The position numbers and the translations under genes were made by a program. Below, piece after piece: positions 1 through 7,611 of a DNA stretch of 31,073 bases; the stretch's first letter is position 1; the number at the start of each line of letters is the position of its first letter. Source of the DNA: an uncultured virus (IMG/VR IMGVR_UViG_3300030100_000622) (Duplodnaviria; Heunggongvirae; Uroviricota; Caudoviricetes); IMG/VR virus record IMGVR_UViG_3300030100_000622. One strand, given 5' to 3'. The notes below the pieces were generated by a model. The model ran no database searches. It was not told where the DNA came from and saw only the letters and a list, made by a program, of their open reading frames with translations.

Positions 1-272
1 TGTTGCTCATCTCTTGCTTTTCTCTCCCAATAGGCCGCAATTTTTCTATCAAGAAGCCACATCTCAATTTTGTCATTAAGAACCAAATCAAATACTGCTT
101 TCATAATCATAATTGCACCCACTGTCATTAGACCAAACAAGATAGAATGGGCCAATACTCCGTGTGGGAATGTTATACCATAGTTAGCATAAAAAAATAC
201 ATTTGCACCACTAAGCGCACCGACAAATAAAATTGTCATAATCAACCGTGTGTCTTTATTTAATACTGCCAA
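1..272 (-). CDS. Membrane protein with two predicted TM helices, 3' end outside the window (not in ORF track)
   Basis: Hand translation from TTG at 272, with GAGGTG RBS at 279-284: MAVLNKDTRLIMTILFVGALSGANVFF...SILFGLMTVGAIMIMKAVFDLVL...; the frame stays open to the window edge. Confidence 0.75.
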   Translation of the reverse strand, partial: MAVLNKDTRLIMTILFVGALSGANVFFYANYGITFPHGVLAHSILFGLMTVGAIMIMKAVFDLVLNDKIEMWLLDRKIAAYWERKARDEQ

Positions 273-282
273 AATTAACACC

Positions 283-591
283 TCAAGAGAAGTGAACCGA
301 TACTGCCGCCCCCGTACCCGTACCTGTGGATATATCCAAATATATTCCATTAGAGCAGATAGCACCATGTAAATCCATCTCAATGATTTGTGGAGATGAA
401 GGGTCGGCAGGGTCAAGAACAAGTCTAATCATTTCTTTGCCAGAAGCGGCTGAAGCATTATCAAATAATCTAACTGTTGTAGTCGCACCCATACCTGTTC
501 TAAGACAATGAACAGAAACTAATCTGCTTCTTTCGCCAGAAACGGCTTCACTTGCAGTTAATACTCCACTACTTCGACATACTGACGACAT
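283..591 (-). CDS. Hypothetical beta-rich virion protein (~102 aa)
   Basis: Start moved to MSSVCRS at 591 (GAGGG upstream); Gly/Ser/Thr/Ala-rich; lies downstream of the MCP. Confidence 0.65.
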   Translation of the reverse strand: MSSVCRSSGVLTASEAVSGERSRLVSVHCLRTGMGATTTVRLFDNASAASGKEMIRLVLDPADPSSPQIIEMDLHGAICSNGIYLDISTGTGTGAAVSVHFS

Positions 592-645
592 ATTGGTTCC
601 CTCGATTTTTGTTTGGGGATAACTCCCTCTTAACACTTGCGTAAA

Positions 646-975
646 TCATTCCGATTCAGCAACAGGTTTTGGTGCTGAAACTTTCTTTGGCTTGGTTTTC
701 TTCTTTTTAGGAAGAAGCAAGTCACACAATTGCTCATGGGTAGTAATAGTTTTACCTAATTCTCTTGATATGATTTCAAATCTATCAAGCCCAATTTGCA
801 TTAGACCTTCTCTATCAGATTCCTCAAAGATAAAGTCTAAGTTTTTGTCACTGTATCGAACCAAAGCCCCAATTAAAGATGGAAATGCAACAGGTTCGGG
901 GCTGGTTTTACTTAGCCCCAAACCCATTACATTCAAAGAAAACGGAGATGTACTACTCAGTTTTACTTTAACCAA
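646..975 (-). CDS. Hypothetical protein with Lys-rich C-terminal tail
   Basis: 109-aa ORF, TTG start with GAGGGA RBS, in the capsid operon. Confidence 0.7.
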   Translation of the reverse strand: MVKVKLSSTSPFSLNVMGLGLSKTSPEPVAFPSLIGALVRYSDKNLDFIFEESDREGLMQIGLDRFEIISRELGKTITTHEQLCDLLLPKKKKTKPKKVSAPKPVAESE

Positions 976-984
976 TTAAATCCC

Positions 985-1350
985 TCAAAGATTACCAAAT
1001 ACTCTAACTCGGAATTGCATTCCACTATGAGTACCGCCGTCTGCTACTTCGGCAGGGGTCGCTTGCAACGCTTGAACCAATAACATTGTTACTGAATCTG
1101 CGCTGGTATAACTACCGTCTGTTCCCGAAATCACAAAGGTTGGATAAAACAATACATTACTTGTCCCTGTATGGGAAATAGAATTAATTGTATTTAGACC
1201 GAATTTGGTTGCAGACATCACTACTCCGCTTGCATCATATGTGGAAACATCAATTAGCGCATCAACCATATATTCATCACCATTTGCTCTTGGCTTGGTG
1301 AATCCCTTATGGTCGGCTAATAGCGTGACCGTAAATACCTCTTCTGTCAA
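985..1350 (-). CDS. Putative capsid decoration/minor head protein
   Basis: 121 aa immediately downstream of the MCP, GAGGTGA RBS, beta-strand-rich composition; function inferred from position only. Confidence 0.55.
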   Translation of the reverse strand: MTEEVFTVTLLADHKGFTKPRANGDEYMVDALIDVSTYDASGVVMSATKFGLNTINSISHTGTSNVLFYPTFVISGTDGSYTSADSVTMLLVQALQATPAEVADGGTHSGMQFRVRVFGNL

Positions 1351-1361
1351 GTTAAATCACC

Positions 1362-2714
1362 TCACAGAAGGTTGGTAATTTTACCTTGTCCTTTGAAGTA
1401 TGAACAACCGACTTCAGCAATTGTGCGGTAAAGAGCCTTGTTTCCAAGAGTACCGACACCGAATGGGTTTCCGTTGCTAATACCATCCTCAAAGTATTGG
1501 GTTGGTTTCATAACGCTCATCCATAGATGGTCTGTATCAAGGAATAGCATATCACTAATACAAGCCGAATTAACTCCGGTTGAAGCCATAGCCGCAACAG
1601 GAATCATAGGAATGTCGTAGTATGTTGATACACGGAATCCGACTTCTTGACCTTTAACACCACGAACACCATTTACAGTTGGAACAATTTCCTTTCTATC
1701 CATGAATCTCTCTTGTGCTTGTAGCAAATCAGAGATAGTTTGTAGTGTGTCATATCCTGTTAGAATAACCTTTGGTGAACCACCAGCAACACGAAGTAGT
1801 CTAATCATTTCATTTAGAACAGTTAGTGTCAATTGGCGGGCATCTGCACTTGCATATGAATCACCGAAAGTAACCTGTGCATCAAGATAAGAAGCACTTG
1901 TACGGTTCTTTCCGTATAGATTGTTTGCTTCGTTAGCAGTAGCACTTGTTAGAAGGTTTGCAGTAGCCATAGCCTGTAATTCTTCTGTTGAAGAAACAAC
2001 CTTGTTTAGAGAAGTATAGTTTCTCTCGATTGTATCGACTGTTGCAGAACCCGATACATTTGTATCAGCATTATAGAATTCCAATGGCATTACAAGCATT
2101 AGATTCTGTACTTCAGCGTGATGCTTACCCATATCTTCACGCATTTGCGCTCTAATATCGCCAATTCCATCGTCAATTTGTGCCATTTCCATAGCCAATT
2201 CACTGAATTCAAATTGATGTGCAACAATTTTTGGGCTGGTGAACAATTGCTCGTATTTTGGTGCAATTGAAGCCAATCCATCAGCAACAGTATCTAATCC
2301 AGCATTTTCTGGAACACCACCAATCAAATCTGCTCTTGGAGTTGTTGAACCAAGATTAGCCGCATCTTTTGAACCCTCAACATCAACTGCCAAGAAATTA
2401 CCGCTACCACCAGCAGGTCGCTCACTTAGGACTCTCCATCCACTTGAAGTGTATGGTCGCTTTGCAATTACTGAAAGAGCATTACATTCACGGTTTAGCA
2501 TAGACCAAACTTTTTGTCCATAAACTTGGTTATACAATGCACCAAGAGAAGAAGCCGCAGTAGTACCACTACCGACTCCTAAAGATACATCATGGCCTGT
2601 GTGAATACCTGCCACTGCACCGACTTGCTTCAACAATTGGTTGTTGAATCCGCCTCTTGCGCCTGTTCCGTATGTCTGTGCTTCTAAGTCTGCTATTGTG
2701 TTAATATAACTCAT
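1362..2714 (-). CDS. Major capsid protein (HK97 fold)
   Basis: ~450 aa, start corrected to MSYINTIADLEAQ 1 nt after the protease stop; directly follows the prohead protease; C-terminal pattern typical of archaeal-virus HK97 MCPs (PKVILTG...YYDIPMIP...MLFLDTDHL...QGKITNL). Confidence 0.88.
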   Translation of the reverse strand: MSYINTIADLEAQTYGTGARGGFNNQLLKQVGAVAGIHTGHDVSLGVGSGTTAASSLGALYNQVYGQKVWSMLNRECNALSVIAKRPYTSSGWRVLSERPAGGSGNFLAVDVEGSKDAANLGSTTPRADLIGGVPENAGLDTVADGLASIAPKYEQLFTSPKIVAHQFEFSELAMEMAQIDDGIGDIRAQMREDMGKHHAEVQNLMLVMPLEFYNADTNVSGSATVDTIERNYTSLNKVVSSTEELQAMATANLLTSATANEANNLYGKNRTSASYLDAQVTFGDSYASADARQLTLTVLNEMIRLLRVAGGSPKVILTGYDTLQTISDLLQAQERFMDRKEIVPTVNGVRGVKGQEVGFRVSTYYDIPMIPVAAMASTGVNSACISDMLFLDTDHLWMSVMKPTQYFEDGISNGNPFGVGTLGNKALYRTIAEVGCSYFKGQGKITNLL

Positions 2715-2715
2715 C

Positions 2716-3957
2716 TTAAATTCCCCCAACCATCTTGTGAATGTCATTCCAATCCATATCTGCAATTTCATCCAATGTTGGTAGTGTGACTGAAGATTCT
2801 TCTTGTGCCTTTAGGATTGTTTCCTTTTCAGCAGTCAAAGACTTTCGTAGTTGTGTAAATTCATCCTTTAGGGATGCAATTTCTGAAGCCGCATCATATT
2901 GCGACTTAGCAAGAATAGTTTCTTTTGTGTTCTTTTCGGCCTCAAATCTGGCTTCAAATCTCTTTTGAAGATTATCGTATGCAATCTTTTCTAATTGCTC
3001 TTGGCGGAAAGCCTCATATGCTTTCTCAATATTAGCAACTGACAAATCAAGTGTTTCCAATTCTCTGTTATCAAATGCCTTAACTACCGGCATATCAGAT
3101 GCAGTTGGTTTGCCACCGCTAATTACAATACGGTTTGCTGGCTCGCCAATTTCGACACCTGCGCCATCAAGGGTTGAAAGCACTGCCGCATTCTTGGCAT
3201 CATCAAACTCTTCTTTTTCATAATCAGCATATTCAGCCATTTCTGTATCTGTCAATTCTTTGTCGTCATGACCTGCACCATGACCTGCTTCTTTCATTTC
3301 GGGCATAGCCGCTTCTTTTTCCGGCATGTCCTTGTCTATTTCTTCTTCTTCTTTTCGTAGCATATTAACTTCCTCCATTAGAGTGTCTAATTCTGCCAAT
3401 GCTTTTTCCAATTTACTCATGTTTTTCGCCTCTTTTTCTTGTTTTAGAATATCAAATTTTGCTTCGGGGTTAATTCCTTTTTCACAGATTGTTACTTCAT
3501 GTAATTCCAATTTACTGATTTCGTTATATTCACCTAATTCTGGATGCTTTTTCTTCACCTTATGAATTGCTTGTCCTCCAATACTAAATGACCTCAATGA
3601 ACCTTTTCTAATGCCTCTATTAATTTCTTTGGCTTTTTCTATATCATCTCTTAATTTAATTACTACAAAGAATCCAACATCATCAACTTCTGTTTTCCAT
3701 AGTTTTCCATTCTTATCTCGATATGATTTTACTACTTCTCCTACTTGAACATTTGAATGATTTGTCATTACATTTCTAAATTTTGGGTTCTCCATATAGC
3801 CATTTACTGCTTCTTGTAGTGCTTTGAGGGTAATTAAGTCATTTTGCTTATCAACGATTTCGATGCTTGCATATCCTCCAATCATTAAATCGTCGCTTTT
3901 GAGTATTCTGAAATCATTAGAACGAGTAGCCATTACTGCCGATGCCATTCTTCTCAA
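2716..3957 (-). CDS. Prohead (maturation) protease fused to C-terminal scaffold domain
   Basis: HK97/S78-type protease motifs IGGYAS, VDKQND, H in MTNHSN..VG, S in SFSIGG, LHEVT....GINPEA; then an acidic coiled-coil scaffold; the real start may be ATG at 3948. Confidence 0.9.
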   Translation of the reverse strand: MRRMASAVMATRSNDFRILKSDDLMIGGYASIEIVDKQNDLITLKALQEAVNGYMENPKFRNVMTNHSNVQVGEVVKSYRDKNGKLWKTEVDDVGFFVVIKLRDDIEKAKEINRGIRKGSLRSFSIGGQAIHKVKKKHPELGEYNEISKLELHEVTICEKGINPEAKFDILKQEKEAKNMSKLEKALAELDTLMEEVNMLRKEEEEIDKDMPEKEAAMPEMKEAGHGAGHDDKELTDTEMAEYADYEKEEFDDAKNAAVLSTLDGAGVEIGEPANRIVISGGKPTASDMPVVKAFDNRELETLDLSVANIEKAYEAFRQEQLEKIAYDNLQKRFEARFEAEKNTKETILAKSQYDAASEIASLKDEFTQLRKSLTAEKETILKAQEESSVTLPTLDEIADMDWNDIHKMVGGI

Positions 3958-3977
3958 CCCCTATCATTTGCGTTCAG

Positions 3978-3986
3978 TATATAAAA
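3978..3986 (-). promoter_or_regulatory. Candidate archaeal TATA box for the protease/MCP transcript
   Basis: TTTTATATA on the minus strand in the 30-nt gap, 21-30 nt upstream of the two candidate protease starts. Confidence 0.45.
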
Positions 3987-3987
3987 C

Positions 3988-6501
3988 TCACGGTATTTTC
4001 ACTTTAGAATACTTATCTTCGTAAATATTCCATATTCCTTCATCTGTATTGGGGTCTGCTGGTTTTTGTTCATACCCTGTCCATGCAAGCCACATCTTTT
4101 CTCCCTTAACAGGCAAGTACCTAACATGCAACTTAGTTTGAAATTTATTTCCATCCAACATATATTCGTGATACCCATGTCTTTGAACACCTAATTCAAC
4201 AGTACCGCTATCAATGACTTTTTCCTTTTCTATGTTAGAGGACACTTCAGCAGGGTACTTTCCAGCCGCACCAAATAAATCAAACAACTCTTTTTCGTTT
4301 TCTAAATCAATAGTCCAATTAATTGTTTCATCATCTAATTTAATTGATAGAGTAACATTATCATCTTGTCTTGCATATATTTTGAATGGGCCACTTCTTT
4401 TCTTTTCGGGAGTTTTATATTCTTTTTTAATTTCTTCAGTTTCTTGAAGTATCTTATCTTCATCTGCTTGAAGTTTATTATTTACAAAAGTAATACCATC
4501 TCTTAGATTCGCCCATTCTTTTAATTTCTGTGCTTTACCCTCTAAGATGTCTTTGTATAAATCTGATGCCTCTTTCATTAAGTAATTATGCAATTCATTT
4601 ACAGGCTTAGGCCCGTTGTCTTTCAAATATCTAAATATAATTAATGTTAAATTAGCCTGTTTAGTTTTCATAATCTCTTCAACTTGTGTTTTCCAAACAT
4701 CAATATCTAAAAGAGCATTCTTCGCCATAAGATTATTTTCTTCAAAAGAATAGAATACCAATCCTTCTGTATCAAACTTAATTAATAGATTGGCTTCTCC
4801 ATGTATATGGTCTGTAATCTGTACTCCTTTTTTCAAAGCATCCACATTATAGTTTAATGACTTTTTAGTATCTTGAGATAAAAACTCCAAAGTCACTAAT
4901 TTGTCTGGCATTTCAACTTCGGGAATCTCTATTACTTTAGCAGAATACAAAGTATATCTGTCGCCTGTCTTTTTTACTTCATCCACTTTAACACGAACAA
5001 TATCACCGACATTGGCAGATATTTTAGTATTCAATGCTTTACCAACATTCATGTATTTTTTACCGTCTATTTCTTTAATGAATTTATTATTCATATCTTC
5101 AGTACCAATATCAACACCAAGAACATAAGAATTCAGATTACTCTTAGTCTTTGTTTTATCTAATACAATAACATCTATATCAACAAACTTTTTCCACTTA
5201 ACCCATTTAGGATTCTTTCTCGCACCTAAATAATATGTTGAAGTAGCATCTTTAATTACAACTCCTTCAGCAGTCGGCATGTTCATTATTTTCTTAGCAT
5301 ACTCATCAATATCTTTTAGACTGTCTGCCATTCGAGTATCTTTTTTTGATGGAAAAACTAAATGTTCAGAAGAATGAGCAGAATAATTGTTGAACATAAT
5401 ACCCATTCTATTTTCTAATTCTTCATCTAATAAAGTCTGCTCATCATGTCGCATAATATCAAAAACATGACATCTTAGTTTAGCATCTTTGTATTTATCT
5501 TTGAATACATGAGCAATAGTATCTGCTCGATGCAGTGCATCATCACCGGAAAATAAAATCAATTCAGCATCTAAAATACAGTCACCGAAATGTTTCTTTC
5601 TCAATTCACTAACAATGTCTTTACACTTATCAGTAATGTTTTTCTTATTATAAGAATACACCTTTATTGAGTTATCTAACTTGTGCAATTGCACACGCAT
5701 ACCATCATATTTTTCTTGAACATACCATTGGCCACTAAAGCCTTTTAATTCTTTTAGGTCGTCAATCTCAAATATACGATACATTGGTTTATTGGGAATA
5801 ATGAAATCACTAATAGACTTCTCATCTTCGGACTTCTTTTCAGACTTTTTCATCTCGATGTCCTTCAATTCCTCCCATTCTTTTTCTTCATGTTGAGAGA
5901 AAAAGATTAACTGCAACATATCCATGGCCGCTTTTACCTTCTTTTCGACCTTCTTTGAGTCTTTTCCATCCCCATAATGCTCAATAATATACAGGGCTAT
6001 GTCGTCAGATTGTAGGTCAAGACCCTCTAAACCCTCTGTTAAATCGTCGGGTTCCATGTCTTTTATTGCATATGCTGAAGGAGTTAATGCTTTAGTGTTG
6101 TTCCTTAGAGCATAATGCACGAATTTAACCATAGATTCGGGATTATTCATTAATTCCTCAAGAACACTACCTTTGAATCTTTTAGCGAAAGGGTCAGCAA
6201 CTAAATCAGAATTATATCTAACTAACTTAATTTTTTCATATAATTCCTTTGCTTGATTTGATTCAACATTATTAATTTCTTTATCATCAAAATCCTCAGC
6301 ATCAATAAAATTCTTTAATTCTTTACCTGCTGCATCTAATTCTTCATAAGATTCTTCTATCAATTCAACTGCTTTACGCCAGCGACTCCCATATTCTTTG
6401 GGGTCGTGCCTTGCTGATAGATAGGCAACCCTTGTTTTTTCAAACAAACGAATAATCTCGATAGAAGGTTGTCTATCTTTTTCGATAGAACCTAATTTCA
6501 T
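3988..6501 (-). CDS. lig: ATP-dependent DNA ligase with long N- and C-terminal extensions
   Basis: Nucleotidyltransferase motifs I QEKYDGMR, III ILDAELI, IIIa VFDIM, IV EGVVIK, V WVKWKK, followed by an OB-fold region (DVIVL...VGKA). Confidence 0.9.
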   Translation of the reverse strand: MKLGSIEKDRQPSIEIIRLFEKTRVAYLSARHDPKEYGSRWRKAVELIEESYEELDAAGKELKNFIDAEDFDDKEINNVESNQAKELYEKIKLVRYNSDLVADPFAKRFKGSVLEELMNNPESMVKFVHYALRNNTKALTPSAYAIKDMEPDDLTEGLEGLDLQSDDIALYIIEHYGDGKDSKKVEKKVKAAMDMLQLIFFSQHEEKEWEELKDIEMKKSEKKSEDEKSISDFIIPNKPMYRIFEIDDLKELKGFSGQWYVQEKYDGMRVQLHKLDNSIKVYSYNKKNITDKCKDIVSELRKKHFGDCILDAELILFSGDDALHRADTIAHVFKDKYKDAKLRCHVFDIMRHDEQTLLDEELENRMGIMFNNYSAHSSEHLVFPSKKDTRMADSLKDIDEYAKKIMNMPTAEGVVIKDATSTYYLGARKNPKWVKWKKFVDIDVIVLDKTKTKSNLNSYVLGVDIGTEDMNNKFIKEIDGKKYMNVGKALNTKISANVGDIVRVKVDEVKKTGDRYTLYSAKVIEIPEVEMPDKLVTLEFLSQDTKKSLNYNVDALKKGVQITDHIHGEANLLIKFDTEGLVFYSFEENNLMAKNALLDIDVWKTQVEEIMKTKQANLTLIIFRYLKDNGPKPVNELHNYLMKEASDLYKDILEGKAQKLKEWANLRDGITFVNNKLQADEDKILQETEEIKKEYKTPEKKRSGPFKIYARQDDNVTLSIKLDDETINWTIDLENEKELFDLFGAAGKYPAEVSSNIEKEKVIDSGTVELGVQRHGYHEYMLDGNKFQTKLHVRYLPVKGEKMWLAWTGYEQKPADPNTDEGIWNIYEDKYSKVKIP

Positions 6502-6512
6502 CTATATCACTT

Positions 6513-6749
6513 CTAATCGTAATCAACCATTTGCCCGCCTAATCCATAACCTTCTTTATCTTGGTTCTTAGGTATTAGGTTTTTAGCATTCTCCGCTTTA
6601 GGTCGCTTTACTTTGACAACTTCAGAATCCGCTTTTTCTGGACTTCTGTTATTGTCATTTAGTGAAAGTGACAATTCTTCTTTTGCGGCTCTCGCTTTTT
6701 CAATAGCAAGGCTAACTACTCTTTCTTCTTTAGTTACTCTTTCTGGCAT
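6513..6749 (-). CDS. Hypothetical protein
   Basis: 78-aa ORF packed in the operon, GAGGG upstream. Confidence 0.7.
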   Translation of the reverse strand: MPERVTKEERVVSLAIEKARAAKEELSLSLNDNNRSPEKADSEVVKVKRPKAENAKNLIPKNQDKEGYGLGGQMVDYD

Positions 6750-6751
6750 AT

Positions 6752-7000
6752 TTATCCCTCAACATTTTCAACCATCTTATGTATTTCCGACCAATCCATT
6801 GTTGAAATATCCTTTGGCATTCCTGTTGGAGTACCAATAGAATTATCCATAGCAGGTGTTGGGCTATCCGTTACAACGAAACCGGCTTTCATAAGAATGC
6901 TATCTTTTGCATAAATTGTTTTTTCCAATGCCTCAACTTTTGAAGTTAAGGCTTTAATTATCTGCAATAATTCTTCATTAATTGTTTTTTCTTCTGTCAT
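6752..7000 (-). CDS. Small scaffold-like coiled-coil protein with C-terminal MDWSEIHKMV motif
   Basis: N-terminal heptad pattern; C-terminus nearly identical to the protease-scaffold C-terminus MDWNDIHKMV. Confidence 0.7.
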   Translation of the reverse strand: MTEEKTINEELLQIIKALTSKVEALEKTIYAKDSILMKAGFVVTDSPTPAMDNSIGTPTGMPKDISTMDWSEIHKMVENVEG

Positions 7001-7004
7001 AGTA

Positions 7005-7244
7005 TCATCTCTTTTCTCTTATTTTTTTGCAAGTTTTACAATAATTTATCTTATTTTTTTGGTGTTCTTTATTATATTTACTTAATCCTACTCCGCACAT
7101 GGCACACTTATATTTTGGCTGGTCGGGTTTTCGAGTAGCACCTCTTCTTTTATCACCCATTCTCCAATTTCGTTGGGCTTGTTTGAATCTTTTGTATCTT
7201 TCACCTTTATTATCTTCATCAACTTTAATTAAATCTTTCCACAT
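7005..7244 (-). CDS. W-tagged basic Zn-ribbon protein
   Basis: Starts MWKDLIK; CAMC...CKTC. Confidence 0.75.
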   Translation of the reverse strand: MWKDLIKVDEDNKGERYKRFKQAQRNWRMGDKRRGATRKPDQPKYKCAMCGVGLSKYNKEHQKNKINYCKTCKKIREKR

Positions 7245-7246
7245 AA

Positions 7247-7609
7247 TTAGTCTTCCTTTTTCTTTTTACCATATACCAAATCATACAATTGGCGGTATAG
7301 TAATTCATATTCTTTGCGAAGTTTTGTAGCAGTGGCTACAATATCAATATTGCGCTCATCCATAGATTTCATCTTCTTATTTAGTTTTTTATCTGATTTA
7401 GTTAAATCTAATTCTTTGAGAACATCAATTAATTCACCTAACTTGGTAAAATCCTGTCCAAAAAATTCTGTTGGAGAAGCCGCTTGAATTGTCTTTTTGA
7501 TTCTCTTTTTTTGTTTAGCATCTAAAGAATCAAGAATATCTTTAGGAGAATCTTTTTTTTCTTTTAGAATGAATTCTTCTCCTTCTCCATAATAATCCCA
7601 TGTTGTCAT
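7247..7609 (-). CDS. Hypothetical helical protein
   Basis: 120-aa ORF with tight operon spacing. Confidence 0.75.
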   Translation of the reverse strand: MTTWDYYGEGEEFILKEKKDSPKDILDSLDAKQKKRIKKTIQAASPTEFFGQDFTKLGELIDVLKELDLTKSDKKLNKKMKSMDERNIDIVATATKLRKEYELLYRQLYDLVYGKKKKED

Positions 7610-7611
7610 AA

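Noticed and set aside
1..272. Holin call for the two-TM protein
   Set aside because: The gene is truncated and no lysis genes are visible; membrane topology alone is insufficient
2715..2771. ORF-track N-terminal extension of the MCP, and similar extensions at 10358, 12366, 16606, 26675, 28377, 28736 and 29047
   Set aside because: Most overlap the upstream gene or its stop; downstream ATGs have better RBS spacing and, for the tagged genes, put the tag at the N-terminus
7247..7609. MTTWDYYGEGEEFILKE as another copy of the tag
   Set aside because: W and ILK are present but the spacing differs; not counted among the 21
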